NCBI GenBank assembly: GCA_031418035.1
Contig: JANOWU010000037.1
Location: 873 to 64,872 of the forward strand
DNA from: Acidimicrobiia bacterium
Lineage (GTDB): Bacteria; Actinomycetota; Acidimicrobiia; Acidimicrobiales; JANYDT01
DNA length: 64,000 nucleotides
Direction: 5' to 3'
Positions 18,835 through 28,319 of this stretch are shown here, in pieces. The notes beneath the pieces are model-generated. The model made no database searches, was not told the DNA's origin, and saw nothing but the letters and a program-made list of their open reading frames with translations. The first letter of the stretch is position 1, and the number at the start of each line of letters is the position of its first letter. Position numbers and translations under genes: made by a program.

Positions 18835-20042
18835 CGACAGCCGTTCCGGGTCGCTTTGCCATCCACGCGATTTTTGAGCCATCCCGTGACCTCGAAGAGC
18901 GAGAGGACGAAGGTCGTTCCGTGATCGGCGCCCGGGTAGAGCTTTCTCGTCACGGAGGTACCGGCGGCGCACATCGTTCGTTTCAAGTCGGCGCTCGTTT
19001 CGACGGGGATCTGTTCATCGGTAGTCCCGTGAACGATGAGGACCGGTGCGGAGATCTTCCGCACGCCCGGCTCATTCTCGGCGAGGGCGGTCGCCCACGA
19101 CGGATCCTGGAGGCCTTCCACCTTGATGATCTCGGGGAGCGAATACGTGTTGACCTCTCTGAACACGGTGCCATTGCACCCGCGATCGACCACCGGGAGG
19201 ATCTCGATCCCTTTGGGCGTGAGCACGGCATCGAGGTTGAGCTGCGGGTATGCCTGCTTGAATCCGGCGGCCACCATCAGGAGATACCCTCGAAAGGGCG
19301 ACGTGGTCAGCGAGGCTTGAACCGTTCCCAACTGGCTCGGCGGGGCACCGGCCACGACGCCCTTCAGTCGCAGCGTCGGGGCCCATGTCGGGGCCAACTC
19401 ACCGGCAAAGAGCGAGGCGTGGCCGCCCTGGGAATGACCCCAGACGACCAAACGAGCCCCGATGTTCTGGTTGGGCAGGGAACGGATCGCTTTCGCCGCA
19501 TCGAGAACACCTCGTCCTTCGCTCACCCCGACGAGATACGGGTGTCGACCGGGAGTACCCAAGCCCTCCATGTCGGACTGCACGACCGCCATGCCCAACG
19601 CGTTGAACGTTCCTGCGACGGTCATTTCGATTCCGGACACGTTCTTGGACGGGGCGCAACCGTCGGCGAGTCCAACGGTTCCGTGCGCCGCAGAGAGGAT
19701 CGGCCATCCGCCCCTGGGAGCCGGTCGATCCGGGACGAATGCGATCCCGGTCACCTCGATCGGCGCGCCGTCGACGGCGTAGGACCGGTACCGGATGTTG
19801 TACGCGAGCGAACCCGACGGTGGGCTGGCCAGCGGTTCGGAGCTGAGGAGCGTCCCCGCATCTAGTGGTGGGCGAGCCGATGCGGCCGCGCTTCGAATGC
19901 CGGTGGCCACGGCGGGAATCGCGGCCGCAGCGCGGATCTGTCCGGAGGAACCGGTACCGCCCGCACGTGCCGTGAGGGCAGACGCCAGCGATGCGACCAC
20001 AACGATCGCAGCTCCAGTGGTTGATCGACGGATCACAGACAT
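18831..20042 (-). CDS. Secreted lipase/esterase (alpha/beta hydrolase, LIP-like)
   Basis: N-terminal signal-like segment MSVIRRSTTGAAIVVVASLASALTARA and nucleophile elbow GHSQGG. Confidence 0.75.
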   Translation of the reverse strand: MSVIRRSTTGAAIVVVASLASALTARAGGTGSSGQIRAAAAIPAVATGIRSAAASARPPLDAGTLLSSEPLASPPSGSLAYNIRYRSYAVDGAPIEVTGIAFVPDRPAPRGGWPILSAAHGTVGLADGCAPSKNVSGIEMTVAGTFNALGMAVVQSDMEGLGTPGRHPYLVGVSEGRGVLDAAKAIRSLPNQNIGARLVVWGHSQGGHASLFAGELAPTWAPTLRLKGVVAGAPPSQLGTVQASLTTSPFRGYLLMVAAGFKQAYPQLNLDAVLTPKGIEILPVVDRGCNGTVFREVNTYSLPEIIKVEGLQDPSWATALAENEPGVRKISAPVLIVHGTTDEQIPVETSADLKRTMCAAGTSVTRKLYPGADHGTTFVLSLFEVTGWLKNRVDGKATRNGCR

Positions 20043-20125
20043 GGCTCAAAGCGTACGCGTCCGTGGTCGCCTACGTGCCGAACAGGCTTCAGCTCGTGGG
20101 CGTGGCCGAGAAGCTCACGGGAACG

Positions 20126-20152
20126 AACAAAAGGTGGTCCCGCAGGACCACC
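20126..20152 (-). terminator. Intrinsic terminator downstream of the surface-protein gene
   Basis: On the minus strand, stem GGTGGTCC-TGCG-GGACCACC is followed by TTTTGTT. Confidence 0.55.
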
Positions 20153-20186
20153 TTCGTTCTGTTCGCAACCGCAACCCGATGAGGTG

Positions 20187-20234
20187 GCTTGCGTGCTCAG
20201 TTGCTTTCGTGCTCAGTTGCTTGCGTGCTCAGTT
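20187..20234. repeat. 16-bp tandem repeat GCTTKCGTGCTCAGTT x3 abutting the stop codon of the surface-protein gene
   Basis: Read directly at 20187-20202, 20203-20218 and 20219-20234. The stop (cta) is at 20236-20238. Confidence 0.9.
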
Positions 20235-20235
20235 A

Positions 20236-21600
20236 CTAGTTCTTGCGGAGCTTGATCCCGACCAGGAAGATCGCACCGAGCGTGATGAAGATGGCACCCA
20301 TCAAGCTCACGGCGCTGTTCTCACTACCGGTGAAGGCGATGCCTTCGGTTTCGATCGACGGGGCAACCGGTGCGGTTGGGACCGACGTGGTGATCGTGAC
20401 ACCGGCGACGACTGCACCCGTTGTCGTCGTGGCCGAGGTCGTGGGCGTTGCCGCCGGAGCCGGAGCCGGAACAGCGGGGGCCGGAGCCGGAGCGGCCGGA
20501 GCGGAGGACGGAGTGCCCGGGGTGACAGGAACGATCACCGTTGGCACCGTGGTTGTCGTGGTTGTCGTGGCAGCCGGCGTTGTTGTAGTGGTCGCAGTTG
20601 CCGTAGTGGTCGTCGTGGTCGTCGTGCTTGTTGTCGGTGCAACGACGGTCAAAGACGCCTCGGCGTCGTTGTTCGTCGGGGTTTGTGCCGTGTCGGTGGA
20701 CGACGTCGGCGGCGTTCCCAGCGGAATGGTCTCGGCGAGATCGGCGGGAGCCTTGTCTACGTACACGACGTTGCGCAGCGACCCGCTGGCGATACCAACC
20801 GTGCCGGTCATGTCAATCGCAACCGACGCACCGGGCGCAAGGGACGCGGTGGAGACGCAGCGAGCCTGGGCGAGGGTACACGTCGCGGAACCCGCGACGA
20901 CCGGCGAAAGCGCAGTCGGCGTGAATCCGGCCGGTACTACGTCGATCATTTCCCATCCCGAAGCCGTGCCGGGACCGTTGTTCGTCACGACCATGCGAAA
21001 CGTTGCCGACGAACCCTGTTGGAACGGTCCGGAACCGGTGAGGGCCTTGGTCACCTTGAGGTCGAAGGGAGAATCAACAGAGAGACAGACGCCGATCGGA
21101 AAGACGGAGTTGAAGATGGTGCTTTCGTTCAAAAGTCCGTGGTGGACCAGGTCAACTGGTGCATCGGCGGTCGCCACGATCGAGCCCAGCGAACCCGTGG
21201 TCTGTGCGAACGTGACCCCATCGGCAATGTCCTCTGTGTATGCCGACACGACGGTTCCGGCGCGCACGGCCCACTTCTCGTTGAGCTGCGCCGCAGAACT
21301 GGCGCGGGTCTCATACCCGTCCCAGGACAGGTAGTTCACAATGTTGAGGCGGTCTCCGGCTTTGAGGCTCAGACCGGTCAGGGGAATCGAGAGGTTGTCA
21401 CCTTGGCGCGGATTCATGACGAGCACGGCCATCCGGGTGAGCGACGCCGGACCGTAGGCCGTCGAACCTGCTGGACAGGTCAGCGTGGGAGGCACCGGAT
21501 CGGCAGCATGGGCGGCGGGATTTCCCAGGCCGAGGGTTGCGCCAACGAGGGTGAGGCCGAAGAATCCGGGGGCAAACTTCGATTTGAGGTGAAGGTTCAT
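20236..21600 (-). CDS. Cell-wall-anchored surface protein (signal peptide, DUF11-like repeat domain, T/P/A-rich stalk, LPXTG-like IAFTG sorting signal)
   Basis: The N-terminal signal ends AAHAADP. The segment VTKALTGSGPFQQGSSATFRMVVTNNGPGTASG resembles the conserved-repeat (DUF11) fold. The C-terminus has IAFTG, then a hydrophobic stretch, then KLRKN. Confidence 0.7.
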   Translation of the reverse strand: MNLHLKSKFAPGFFGLTLVGATLGLGNPAAHAADPVPPTLTCPAGSTAYGPASLTRMAVLVMNPRQGDNLSIPLTGLSLKAGDRLNIVNYLSWDGYETRASSAAQLNEKWAVRAGTVVSAYTEDIADGVTFAQTTGSLGSIVATADAPVDLVHHGLLNESTIFNSVFPIGVCLSVDSPFDLKVTKALTGSGPFQQGSSATFRMVVTNNGPGTASGWEMIDVVPAGFTPTALSPVVAGSATCTLAQARCVSTASLAPGASVAIDMTGTVGIASGSLRNVVYVDKAPADLAETIPLGTPPTSSTDTAQTPTNNDAEASLTVVAPTTSTTTTTTTTATATTTTTPAATTTTTTTVPTVIVPVTPGTPSSAPAAPAPAPAVPAPAPAATPTTSATTTTGAVVAGVTITTSVPTAPVAPSIETEGIAFTGSENSAVSLMGAIFITLGAIFLVGIKLRKN

Positions 21601-21823
21601 GTTCTTTCCTTTGGGAAACGGTCCGTCGTTTCCGAACTGACATTCAGCCTTCCAGGGACACTGTCGGTAGGCAAGGGTCCAAGCTACCCAAAAAACCCAT
21701 CGCTTTAAGCGTTTTTCTGGGCCGCCAGACGCACGGTGTGGTCAAATGGGCTGGTATTCACCGTGTCGCAACGCAGGTGCTTTCGACGCCACAGCGCCAC
21801 AAATCGTGGGTCACGGAAGTTCG

Positions 21824-21899
21824 TGGTGGAGACGAACGGAATCGAACCGTCAACCCCCTGCTTGCAAAGCAGGTGCTCTGCCAATTGAGCTACGTCCCC
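21824..21899 (-). tRNA. tRNA-Ala (anticodon TGC), CCA encoded
   Basis: Minus-strand sequence GGGGACGTAGCTCAATTGGCAGAGCACCTGCTTTGCAAGCAGGGGGTTGACGGTTCGATTCCGTTCGTCTCCACCA. It folds by eye into a cloverleaf with a G3:U70 pair and anticodon loop TTTGCAA. Confidence 0.9.
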
Positions 21900-22004
21900 A
21901 GGCAGGGATCAATTGTACTCACACCCAGCGATAGCGTCGTGCCACAATCGGCAACGACCCCAAAGTCCACGCAGCCCCAACTACCATCGTCTGACTTGTA
22001 CGCC

Positions 22005-23045
22005 ATGGAGATCGAACACGAGTTGGCTCAGCAGTTGGCGGGCGCACACCAGGAGTCGCTCCTTCAGGAGCTGTTCGGCGGGACCGACACCAAGGCGATT
22101 GCCGCCGACATCCTCCAACTCGTCGCCGTCCACGGCGACCCGGTCGGGGTTCGGCTGGTCCGGCTGAGTTCCGGCGTCGTGGTTGCTTTGAACCTGCGGG
22201 TCCCGCTCGCGACCGTCGTGGTGAAGGTCCACCGCGCCCCTATGGTGGATCGTCTCGCCGGTGTGATACGGGCTCAGCGACTTCTCGCGCTCGCTGGCCT
22301 TCCGGTGGCCACTCCCCTGGCCGACGTCCCCATGCCGATCGGCACTGGTGCCGCCACGCTCGAGACGTGGCGGGCGGACGGTGCGACCGTTGATGTACGG
22401 CCGGCACCATTGCGACGCGCCCTCGCCCGGTGCACGTACGACATCGTCACCGCCCTCGACCCCGATCAGTTCCCCGAGCTCGTTCCAACGTGGCGGGGCC
22501 TGTACCCGCCACCGCACGCGCCACACTTCGACTTTGTGGGCACGTCGAAGGGCGCCGAATGGATCGACGACCATGCGACCGACGCCCTCGCCCGACGTCG
22601 CACGTTGGAGGGCATCGGACGGCGAGTCGTCGCCCACACCGATGTTCGACCGGAAAACGTGCTGCTCGACGTCGCCGAATCACCCACCGTGTCGACCATC
22701 TATGACCTCGACAGCCTGTGCGTCGACACCGAACCGTGGCTGGTGGGCGCAACGGCACGTGCGTTCTCCACGAACTGGTCGCTCGCCGATCCCATGATCC
22801 CGACGTCGGTGCAGATCCGAGACTTCCTCCACGACTACCAGCAAGTCCGAGGCGCTGTCTTCTCCCCCGACGAAACAGCGTTGGCCGACGCCGGCGTCGT
22901 TCATGCCCTCGCCTACTCGGCACGCTGTGAACATGCGCTCTTCCCCGACGGCGCGCAGGCCCCGTGGGGACCCGGATGGCGGGCCCTGCTTCGCGAGTTC
23001 ACGCACCCCGGCTCGGAAGCCGGTTTAGCGAACGTGCGAGGGTGA
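22005..23045 (+). CDS. Phosphotransferase family protein (APH/choline-kinase-like)
   Basis: Catalytic-loop-like segment VVAHTDVRPENVLLD followed by IYDLD. I chose the ATG at 22005 because the longer track ORF (21738) runs across the tRNA-Ala gene. Confidence 0.65.
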   Translation: MEIEHELAQQLAGAHQESLLQELFGGTDTKAIAADILQLVAVHGDPVGVRLVRLSSGVVVALNLRVPLATVVVKVHRAPMVDRLAGVIRAQRLLALAGLPVATPLADVPMPIGTGAATLETWRADGATVDVRPAPLRRALARCTYDIVTALDPDQFPELVPTWRGLYPPPHAPHFDFVGTSKGAEWIDDHATDALARRRTLEGIGRRVVAHTDVRPENVLLDVAESPTVSTIYDLDSLCVDTEPWLVGATARAFSTNWSLADPMIPTSVQIRDFLHDYQQVRGAVFSPDETALADAGVVHALAYSARCEHALFPDGAQAPWGPGWRALLREFTHPGSEAGLANVRG

Positions 23046-24023
23046 GCCTTCGAAGCGAGCACACCTCACGCCGCGCCGAGCCAACTCGGCGAGAAAGTCA
23101 ACCGTGTTGACGATCGGACCCAGCCCCGATGCCCCGGCAGTCGTATGGCGTCCCGAGGAGATTTCGCCAACCGCCAAGGCCAACACCGTTGCCGCAGCCA
23201 CCGACGGTCGATCGATGCAACCGAGAACCACCACTTCGAACTGTCCCTCACGAAGGCCGCGAACCTCGACCCGAATCGCGCCAGTGCCCGCTTCGGCATG
23301 GGGTTTGCGCAGCATCGGCAACCGTGAGGTGAGGCGATCCCGACGAGTCGCCGCCATTCGCGAGGTCACGCGTTTGGCCTGGGGAAACATCTGATGGAGC
23401 AAGATCGGGTCGGCCAGGGCCGCCCGGTAGCAGTCAGCACCGGCGATCGGGTCGGGGAACCAGCACAGCTCTCGCCCCGAGCCTCCGGGAACGTCGACCC
23501 ATGATCCGTCTCGCCAGTCCCGACCCCAACTCTTGAGGGCACTGTGGTGCTGACGCGCACACGCTGGTCCGGCGGTGCCGAACTTGGCGACGTGAACTTC
23601 CTCGAGCACGGCAAGTTCTTCGGCACCATGTCGGGCGAGGATGCAGGTCAAACCCGGCGCGAACCCGGCACCGACGATCAGGACCCGATCCTGTTGCTTG
23701 GCCAGCACATCGAGTTCCAACATTGCTTCGACGTCGTTGAGATCGTCACCGACGCTGACGACGTGTGCCCCGGCTCGCAACGCTGCTGCTGCGTCGGCAA
23801 AGTGTTGTGCTGGGCCGGCGAGTACCACGACGTCGGCGCCGAGGTGTTCCCAGGACTCGTTGTGTTCGAGCACCCGTGCGGTCGGCCCAAGAGCGAGGGC
23901 CACCCTTGCACTCTGCTCAGAACGAGGATCGTCGATGACGATCGAGGAGATGCCGGGCACCGACAGCATTTGTCGTGCCGCTCGCGAGCCGACAACCCCG
24001 CAGCCCCGTAGAAGTACCTTCAC
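23025..24023 (-). CDS. Saccharopine-dehydrogenase-like NAD(P)-binding protein
   Basis: An N-terminal Rossmann motif VKVLLRGCGVVGSRAA follows the chosen GTG start at 24023. Overall size and layout fit this family. Function is uncertain. Confidence 0.5.
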   Translation of the reverse strand: MKVLLRGCGVVGSRAARQMLSVPGISSIVIDDPRSEQSARVALALGPTARVLEHNESWEHLGADVVVLAGPAQHFADAAAALRAGAHVVSVGDDLNDVEAMLELDVLAKQQDRVLIVGAGFAPGLTCILARHGAEELAVLEEVHVAKFGTAGPACARQHHSALKSWGRDWRDGSWVDVPGGSGRELCWFPDPIAGADCYRAALADPILLHQMFPQAKRVTSRMAATRRDRLTSRLPMLRKPHAEAGTGAIRVEVRGLREGQFEVVVLGCIDRPSVAAATVLALAVGEISSGRHTTAGASGLGPIVNTVDFLAELARRGVRCARFEGSPSHVR

Positions 24024-24185
24024 GAGGGGAAACCCCGGGCAACCACTAACGAAGTCCCGGGCCCGAAAGCTCGCGCCATCCACCGGATTGCGGGGGAATA
24101 CCACCTGATCCTCGGAGCCGTAAAACGGCAGCCACGAGGCCTGCAACTCCCAAGGAGACGGCGATTCGTCGAAGTGCTTGCACGG

Positions 24186-24259
24186 TGGGGCTAGCTGGAA
24201 TCGAACCAGCGACCTTCACATTATCAGTGTGACGCTCTAACCAACTGAGCTATAGCCCC
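24186..24259 (-). tRNA. tRNA-Ile (anticodon GAT), CCA not fully encoded
   Basis: Minus-strand sequence GGGGCTATAGCTCAGTTGGTTAGAGCGTCACACTGATAATGTGAAGGTCGCTGGTTCGATTCCAGCTAGCCCCA, followed by CCG. The anticodon loop is CTGATAA. Confidence 0.9.
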
Positions 24260-24365
24260 CAATGGGCACGAAATCCTACACGACCAGATTCCCCGCGAAA
24301 CTTTGTTTCGCGTCGATGCGTTCCTGTATTCGTCTCGTTGGGCCGAACAACGCGAAGATAGGCCC

Positions 24366-24773
24366 ATGACTTCGCTCTTGACTGAAATCGACCATGTCGC
24401 CATCGCCGTGCACGATCTTGAGGCTGCGATCGCCTACTACCGAGACGTGTACGGCGCCGAAGTCGACCATCGCGAGGTCGTCGAATCCGACGGGGTGGAG
24501 GAAGCGCTCCTCAAGGTGGCCGACAGCTACGTGCAACTGCTCACGCCGACACGACCCGACTCGCCCGTTGCAAAGTATCTTGAAAAGCGCGGTGAGGGTA
24601 TACATCACATCGGCTACCGAGTAGCCGATTGTTCCGTGGCCCTCGAGTCGGTGAAGGCGGCCGGTGGAAAGGTTCTCGACGAGCACCCACGACCGGGATC
24701 TCGTGGCACCACCGTGGCGTTCATCCACCCGAAGACCACCTTCGGAACCCTGGTCGAACTCGTCCAGGAGTAA
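24366..24773 (+). CDS. mce: Methylmalonyl-CoA epimerase (VOC/glyoxalase fold)
   Basis: IDHVAIAVHDLEAAIAYY...GEGIHHIGYRV...TTVAFIHPK...G.LVELVQE is the typical epimerase pattern. The start is the internal ATG at 24366. Confidence 0.8.
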   Translation: MTSLLTEIDHVAIAVHDLEAAIAYYRDVYGAEVDHREVVESDGVEEALLKVADSYVQLLTPTRPDSPVAKYLEKRGEGIHHIGYRVADCSVALESVKAAGGKVLDEHPRPGSRGTTVAFIHPKTTFGTLVELVQE

Positions 24774-24831
24774 GCGCTTTTCGGTACTCCAAAAGCACAC
24801 ATATCGATACTGATACGCGCGTTCTACAGAA

Positions 24832-27450
24832 TTGCGACGTATCGTCGCGCTCGTGAATGATTCCGGTGGGCACCATCTCCGCGTCGAACACCGACGTCTT
24901 GCGGATCGGCGCTCGTGGCTCCGATGGGGCCCGTATCTGGCCGAGCGCGCCTGGGCAACCGTTCGCGAGGATTACAGCGAAGACGGCAAGGGAGTCTGGA
25001 CCGAGTTTCCCCACGACCATGCTCGATCGCGGGCATATCGCTGGAACGAAGACGGCCTGGCCGGCATCTGCGACATCGACCAGGAACTGTGCGTCGCGTT
25101 CTCGTTCTGGAACGGGCGAGACCCAATCCTGAAGGAGCGTCTCTACGGACTCACCGGCCTCGAAGGCAACCACGGCGAGGACGTAAAGGAGTACTGGTGG
25201 TACCTCGATGCGACACCGACGCATTCGTACATGAAGTGGGCCTACGCGTATCCACAAGACGAGTTTCCGTACGAACAGCTGATCCGTGAGAACGCCGCCC
25301 GCACCCGGGAGGAACCCGAATTTGAACTCGGCGACACGGGAGTCTTCGACGAAGACCGCTACTGGGACATTGAAGTCACCTGGGTGAAGGAATCCCCGAA
25401 TGATATGTACGCAGTCGTTCGTGCGACGAATCGCGGTCCGCATACCGAGACACTTCACATTTTGCCGACCATGTGGTTTCGGAATCAGTGGTCCTATGAA
25501 TCCGGCCGAAATCCACCCGACATCATGCTGGTCGACGGCGCGTTGGTGGCAAAGGGTGTCTTCGGTAGTTCCATGACGCTGTCCGGCAGCGGGACACCCC
25601 AAGCGCTGTTCTGCAACAACGAAACCAACACCCGTCGGCTCTTTCACGACGAGAGCGGTCCGCCGTTCGCGAAGGACGGCATCAACGATCACGTCGTGAC
25701 GAACGCACCGACGGTCGACCCCGAGCAACACGGATCGAAAGCTGCGCTGTGGTACACGCTCACCGCCAACGCACATCAGGAGGTGGAGATCCGCCTCCGA
25801 TTCGGACAACACGCAGAGAAGATCGACGAAGCGACGGCGAACGATGTCGTGGCGCAACGAAAAGTCGAAGCCGACGAATACTATGCGCACGTAATACCAG
25901 CTCACGTCAGCGATGAAGACCGCCAGATAGCCCGCCAGGCCTTCGCCGGGCTCCTGTGGACGAAGCAGTTCTACAACTTCGATGTGGAGCGTTGGATCAA
26001 CGGTGACCCCGCCAGCCCGGCGCCACCCGCGCAACGACGCAACGGACGAAACGCTGCATGGTGGCACGTGCACAACAGCGACGTCATCTCCATGCCCGAC
26101 GGTTGGGAGTATCCCTGGTACGCCGCGTGGGATCTCGCCTTTCACTGCATTGCGCTTGCTCACGTCGACCCGACATTCGCGAAGGAGCAATTGCTCCTGT
26201 TGTGCCGCGAGGACTACATGCATCCAAACGGCCAGCTGCCTGCCTACGAATGGGCATTCGACGACGTGAACCCACCAGTCCACGCCTTTGCGGCCATGGC
26301 CGTATACGACGTCGACGGAAGACAGGATCGAGAGTTCCTGACCCGGATGTTTCACAAACTCCTCATCAATTTCACCTGGTGGGTGAACCGCAAGGACACG
26401 CTCGGTCGAAACGTGTTCGAGGGTGGCTTCCTCGGTCTCGACAACATCAGCCCGATCAATCGCTCCGAAGGCGTGCCGGAAGGGTTCCGACTCGAGCAGT
26501 CCGACGGCACGGCCTGGATGGCTGCCTTCGCCCTTCGGATGATGGAGATGGCACTCGAACTGAGTGACCACGACCCGGTGTACGGTGACTTGGCCGTCAA
26601 GTTCTTCGACCACTTCGCGTACATAGCAAATGCTATGCACACATCGGGTTTGTGGGATGAGTCCATGGGTTTCTACTGCGACCTGCTCCACCGGGACGAT
26701 GAGAAGATCCCGCTCACCATCCGCTCCATGGTGGGGTTGATCCCCCTCATCGCCACCAGCATGCTCCCGACCGAACGCGTTCTCACACCGTCACCGTTCG
26801 CCGACCATTTTCTCTGGTTCGTCTCCGAGCGTCACTGGACGGCGTCACACGTCCTTGCGTCGCGCTACAGCCTCCAACAACCGACGATTCTTGTCGGCCT
26901 TGCCGACGTCGGACGATTCGAACGTGTACTTGCCAAGTTGCTCGACGAAGCCGAGTTTCTCGCTCCCCACGGGATCCGATCGCTGTCGGCGACACATCGG
27001 GCCGAACCCTTCACGCTCGACGTGGATGGACTCCGCGCAACAATTGGCTACGAGCCAGCGGAGTCTCAGACCCCGTTGTTCGGCGGCAACTCGAACTGGC
27101 GCGGTCCGGTGTGGTTCCCGGTCAACTACGTCTTGATCGAGGCATTGCGAACGTACGCGAATCACCTCGGCGATGACTATACGGTTGCGTATCCGACCGG
27201 GTCGTCGCATCGATTGGGCTTGCACGGCGTGGCCGACCAGATATCGGACCGATTGACCGCACTCTTTCGTCGACGCGAAGACGGGACCAGGATGTACGCA
27301 GATCGCCACGTGGACCGGTGGCCAGACCGCGTGCTCTTCTACGAGTACTTCGATGGCGACACCGGCGCCGGGCTCGGCGCATCACACCAAACGGGTTGGA
27401 CCGCGCTCGTCGCCGACCTGATCGTCCGTCAGAAGTCTGCCCATACGTAG
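24832..27450 (+). CDS. GH63-like glucosidase (MGH1-like glycoside hydrolase)
   Basis: 872 aa. WGPYLAERAWATVREDYS near the N-terminus and the (alpha/alpha)6-barrel region with PWYAAWDLAFH fit bacterial GH63-related glucosidases. The start is uncertain: TTG at 24832 or GTG at 24853. Confidence 0.7.
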   Translation: MRRIVALVNDSGGHHLRVEHRRLADRRSWLRWGPYLAERAWATVREDYSEDGKGVWTEFPHDHARSRAYRWNEDGLAGICDIDQELCVAFSFWNGRDPILKERLYGLTGLEGNHGEDVKEYWWYLDATPTHSYMKWAYAYPQDEFPYEQLIRENAARTREEPEFELGDTGVFDEDRYWDIEVTWVKESPNDMYAVVRATNRGPHTETLHILPTMWFRNQWSYESGRNPPDIMLVDGALVAKGVFGSSMTLSGSGTPQALFCNNETNTRRLFHDESGPPFAKDGINDHVVTNAPTVDPEQHGSKAALWYTLTANAHQEVEIRLRFGQHAEKIDEATANDVVAQRKVEADEYYAHVIPAHVSDEDRQIARQAFAGLLWTKQFYNFDVERWINGDPASPAPPAQRRNGRNAAWWHVHNSDVISMPDGWEYPWYAAWDLAFHCIALAHVDPTFAKEQLLLLCREDYMHPNGQLPAYEWAFDDVNPPVHAFAAMAVYDVDGRQDREFLTRMFHKLLINFTWWVNRKDTLGRNVFEGGFLGLDNISPINRSEGVPEGFRLEQSDGTAWMAAFALRMMEMALELSDHDPVYGDLAVKFFDHFAYIANAMHTSGLWDESMGFYCDLLHRDDEKIPLTIRSMVGLIPLIATSMLPTERVLTPSPFADHFLWFVSERHWTASHVLASRYSLQQPTILVGLADVGRFERVLAKLLDEAEFLAPHGIRSLSATHRAEPFTLDVDGLRATIGYEPAESQTPLFGGNSNWRGPVWFPVNYVLIEALRTYANHLGDDYTVAYPTGSSHRLGLHGVADQISDRLTALFRRREDGTRMYADRHVDRWPDRVLFYEYFDGDTGAGLGASHQTGWTALVADLIVRQKSAHT

Positions 27451-27530
27451 CGTCCGTCGGTCGGCGGTCCCGGTTCGTCGGTCAGCGTTCGCACGAACCG
27501 GGAGCCGTCGAGCTCTTCAGGGCTCCGCCG

Positions 27531-28232
27531 TCACGAACTCGAACCCACCGCCGGGGTTTCTCGGGGACGCAGGTGATCCGTCCAGGTATTGTCGTCGTCG
27601 ATATCGGCATCGTCGAGATAGTCGTCGTCGACATAGCCGTCGGTCACTGGCGCGGCCGCGGGTTGTGATGGTTGACGCAGCGGCGGGAATTGCGTTGGCG
27701 GCTGCGCGGTGGGACGCGCTGTTTCAGGCGTGCGTTGGGGCGTCGGCGGCCGGGGCTTGTGCTTGGCTGCCTTGCGTCGAGCGCGCAACGCCCTTCGACG
27801 CTGCCGGCGCGACAGCGAGGAGCCGTCGGTGTGTTCCTGCAGGACCGACAACACCAAGCCACCAAAGATGCCCGAAAGCATGTTGTAGAAGAAAGCCAGC
27901 GTGACGGTGGCGATGGTTGCGACCAAAACCATGGCCGCGCCGATGGTCACGGCGGAGCGAAAGAGAACGTCGCCATGAACTTCGAACTCATCCCAACCAA
28001 GCCGGGTAATGAGTCGTTCCAAGTTCTTGATCGTGCCCATGCGATTGGCCACGAACCACACACCGCTCAGAACGCCGAGGGTCAACAGGTAGCACAGGAG
28101 ATGGAAGAAGAAGGCGACTTTGGCTACCGGCCACAACTCGAAGCGGCGGACTACTCGCCGGACCTTCACGCCTTTGCGCATTGGGTCGAGTGTAGTCAGT
28201 GCGCGCGTCACCAATTTGGCGTTCGGCAACAT
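27531..28232 (-). CDS. DUF3566 domain-containing membrane protein (Rv0007-like, conserved downstream of gyrA)
   Basis: Core sequence VRRVVRRFELWPVAKVAFFFHLLCYLL...FFYNMLSGIFGGLVLSVLQE, plus a basic/proline-rich tail. Its position relative to gyrA matches actinobacterial synteny. Confidence 0.8.
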   Translation of the reverse strand: MLPNAKLVTRALTTLDPMRKGVKVRRVVRRFELWPVAKVAFFFHLLCYLLTLGVLSGVWFVANRMGTIKNLERLITRLGWDEFEVHGDVLFRSAVTIGAAMVLVATIATVTLAFFYNMLSGIFGGLVLSVLQEHTDGSSLSRRQRRRALRARRKAAKHKPRPPTPQRTPETARPTAQPPTQFPPLRQPSQPAAAPVTDGYVDDDYLDDADIDDDNTWTDHLRPRETPAVGSSS

Positions 28233-28283
28233 TCTTGAGGCACACCGTTCGGGCCTGTTGGCACAAGCCGTCTACGGCCGGTA

Positions 28284-28319
28284 GCGCCGTTACGGCCCGG
28301 CGGCGCCGTTACGGCCCGG
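28284..28319. repeat. Tandem duplication GCGCCGTTACGGCCCGG x2 (19-bp period) covering the stop codon of the TadE-like ORF
   Basis: Read directly at 28284-28300 and 28303-28319. The stop tta at 28309-28311 has a duplicate at 28290-28292. Confidence 0.85.

Noticed and set aside
19795-21708. A 637-aa plus-strand ORF, and the 363-aa ORF at 20243..21334.
   Set aside because: They are antisense to the surface-protein and lipase genes. Their Arg/Gly-rich or Val/Ala-rich repeats mirror the T/P/A stalk on the coding strand.
21738-22004. A 5' extension of the phosphotransferase ORF.
   Set aside because: It runs across the tRNA-Ala gene on the opposite strand. An internal ATG at 22005 gives a normal-length protein.
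24721-26691. A 656-aa minus-strand ORF.
   Set aside because: It is antisense to the GH63-like glucosidase, which has clear family motifs. This ORF has no motifs of its own.
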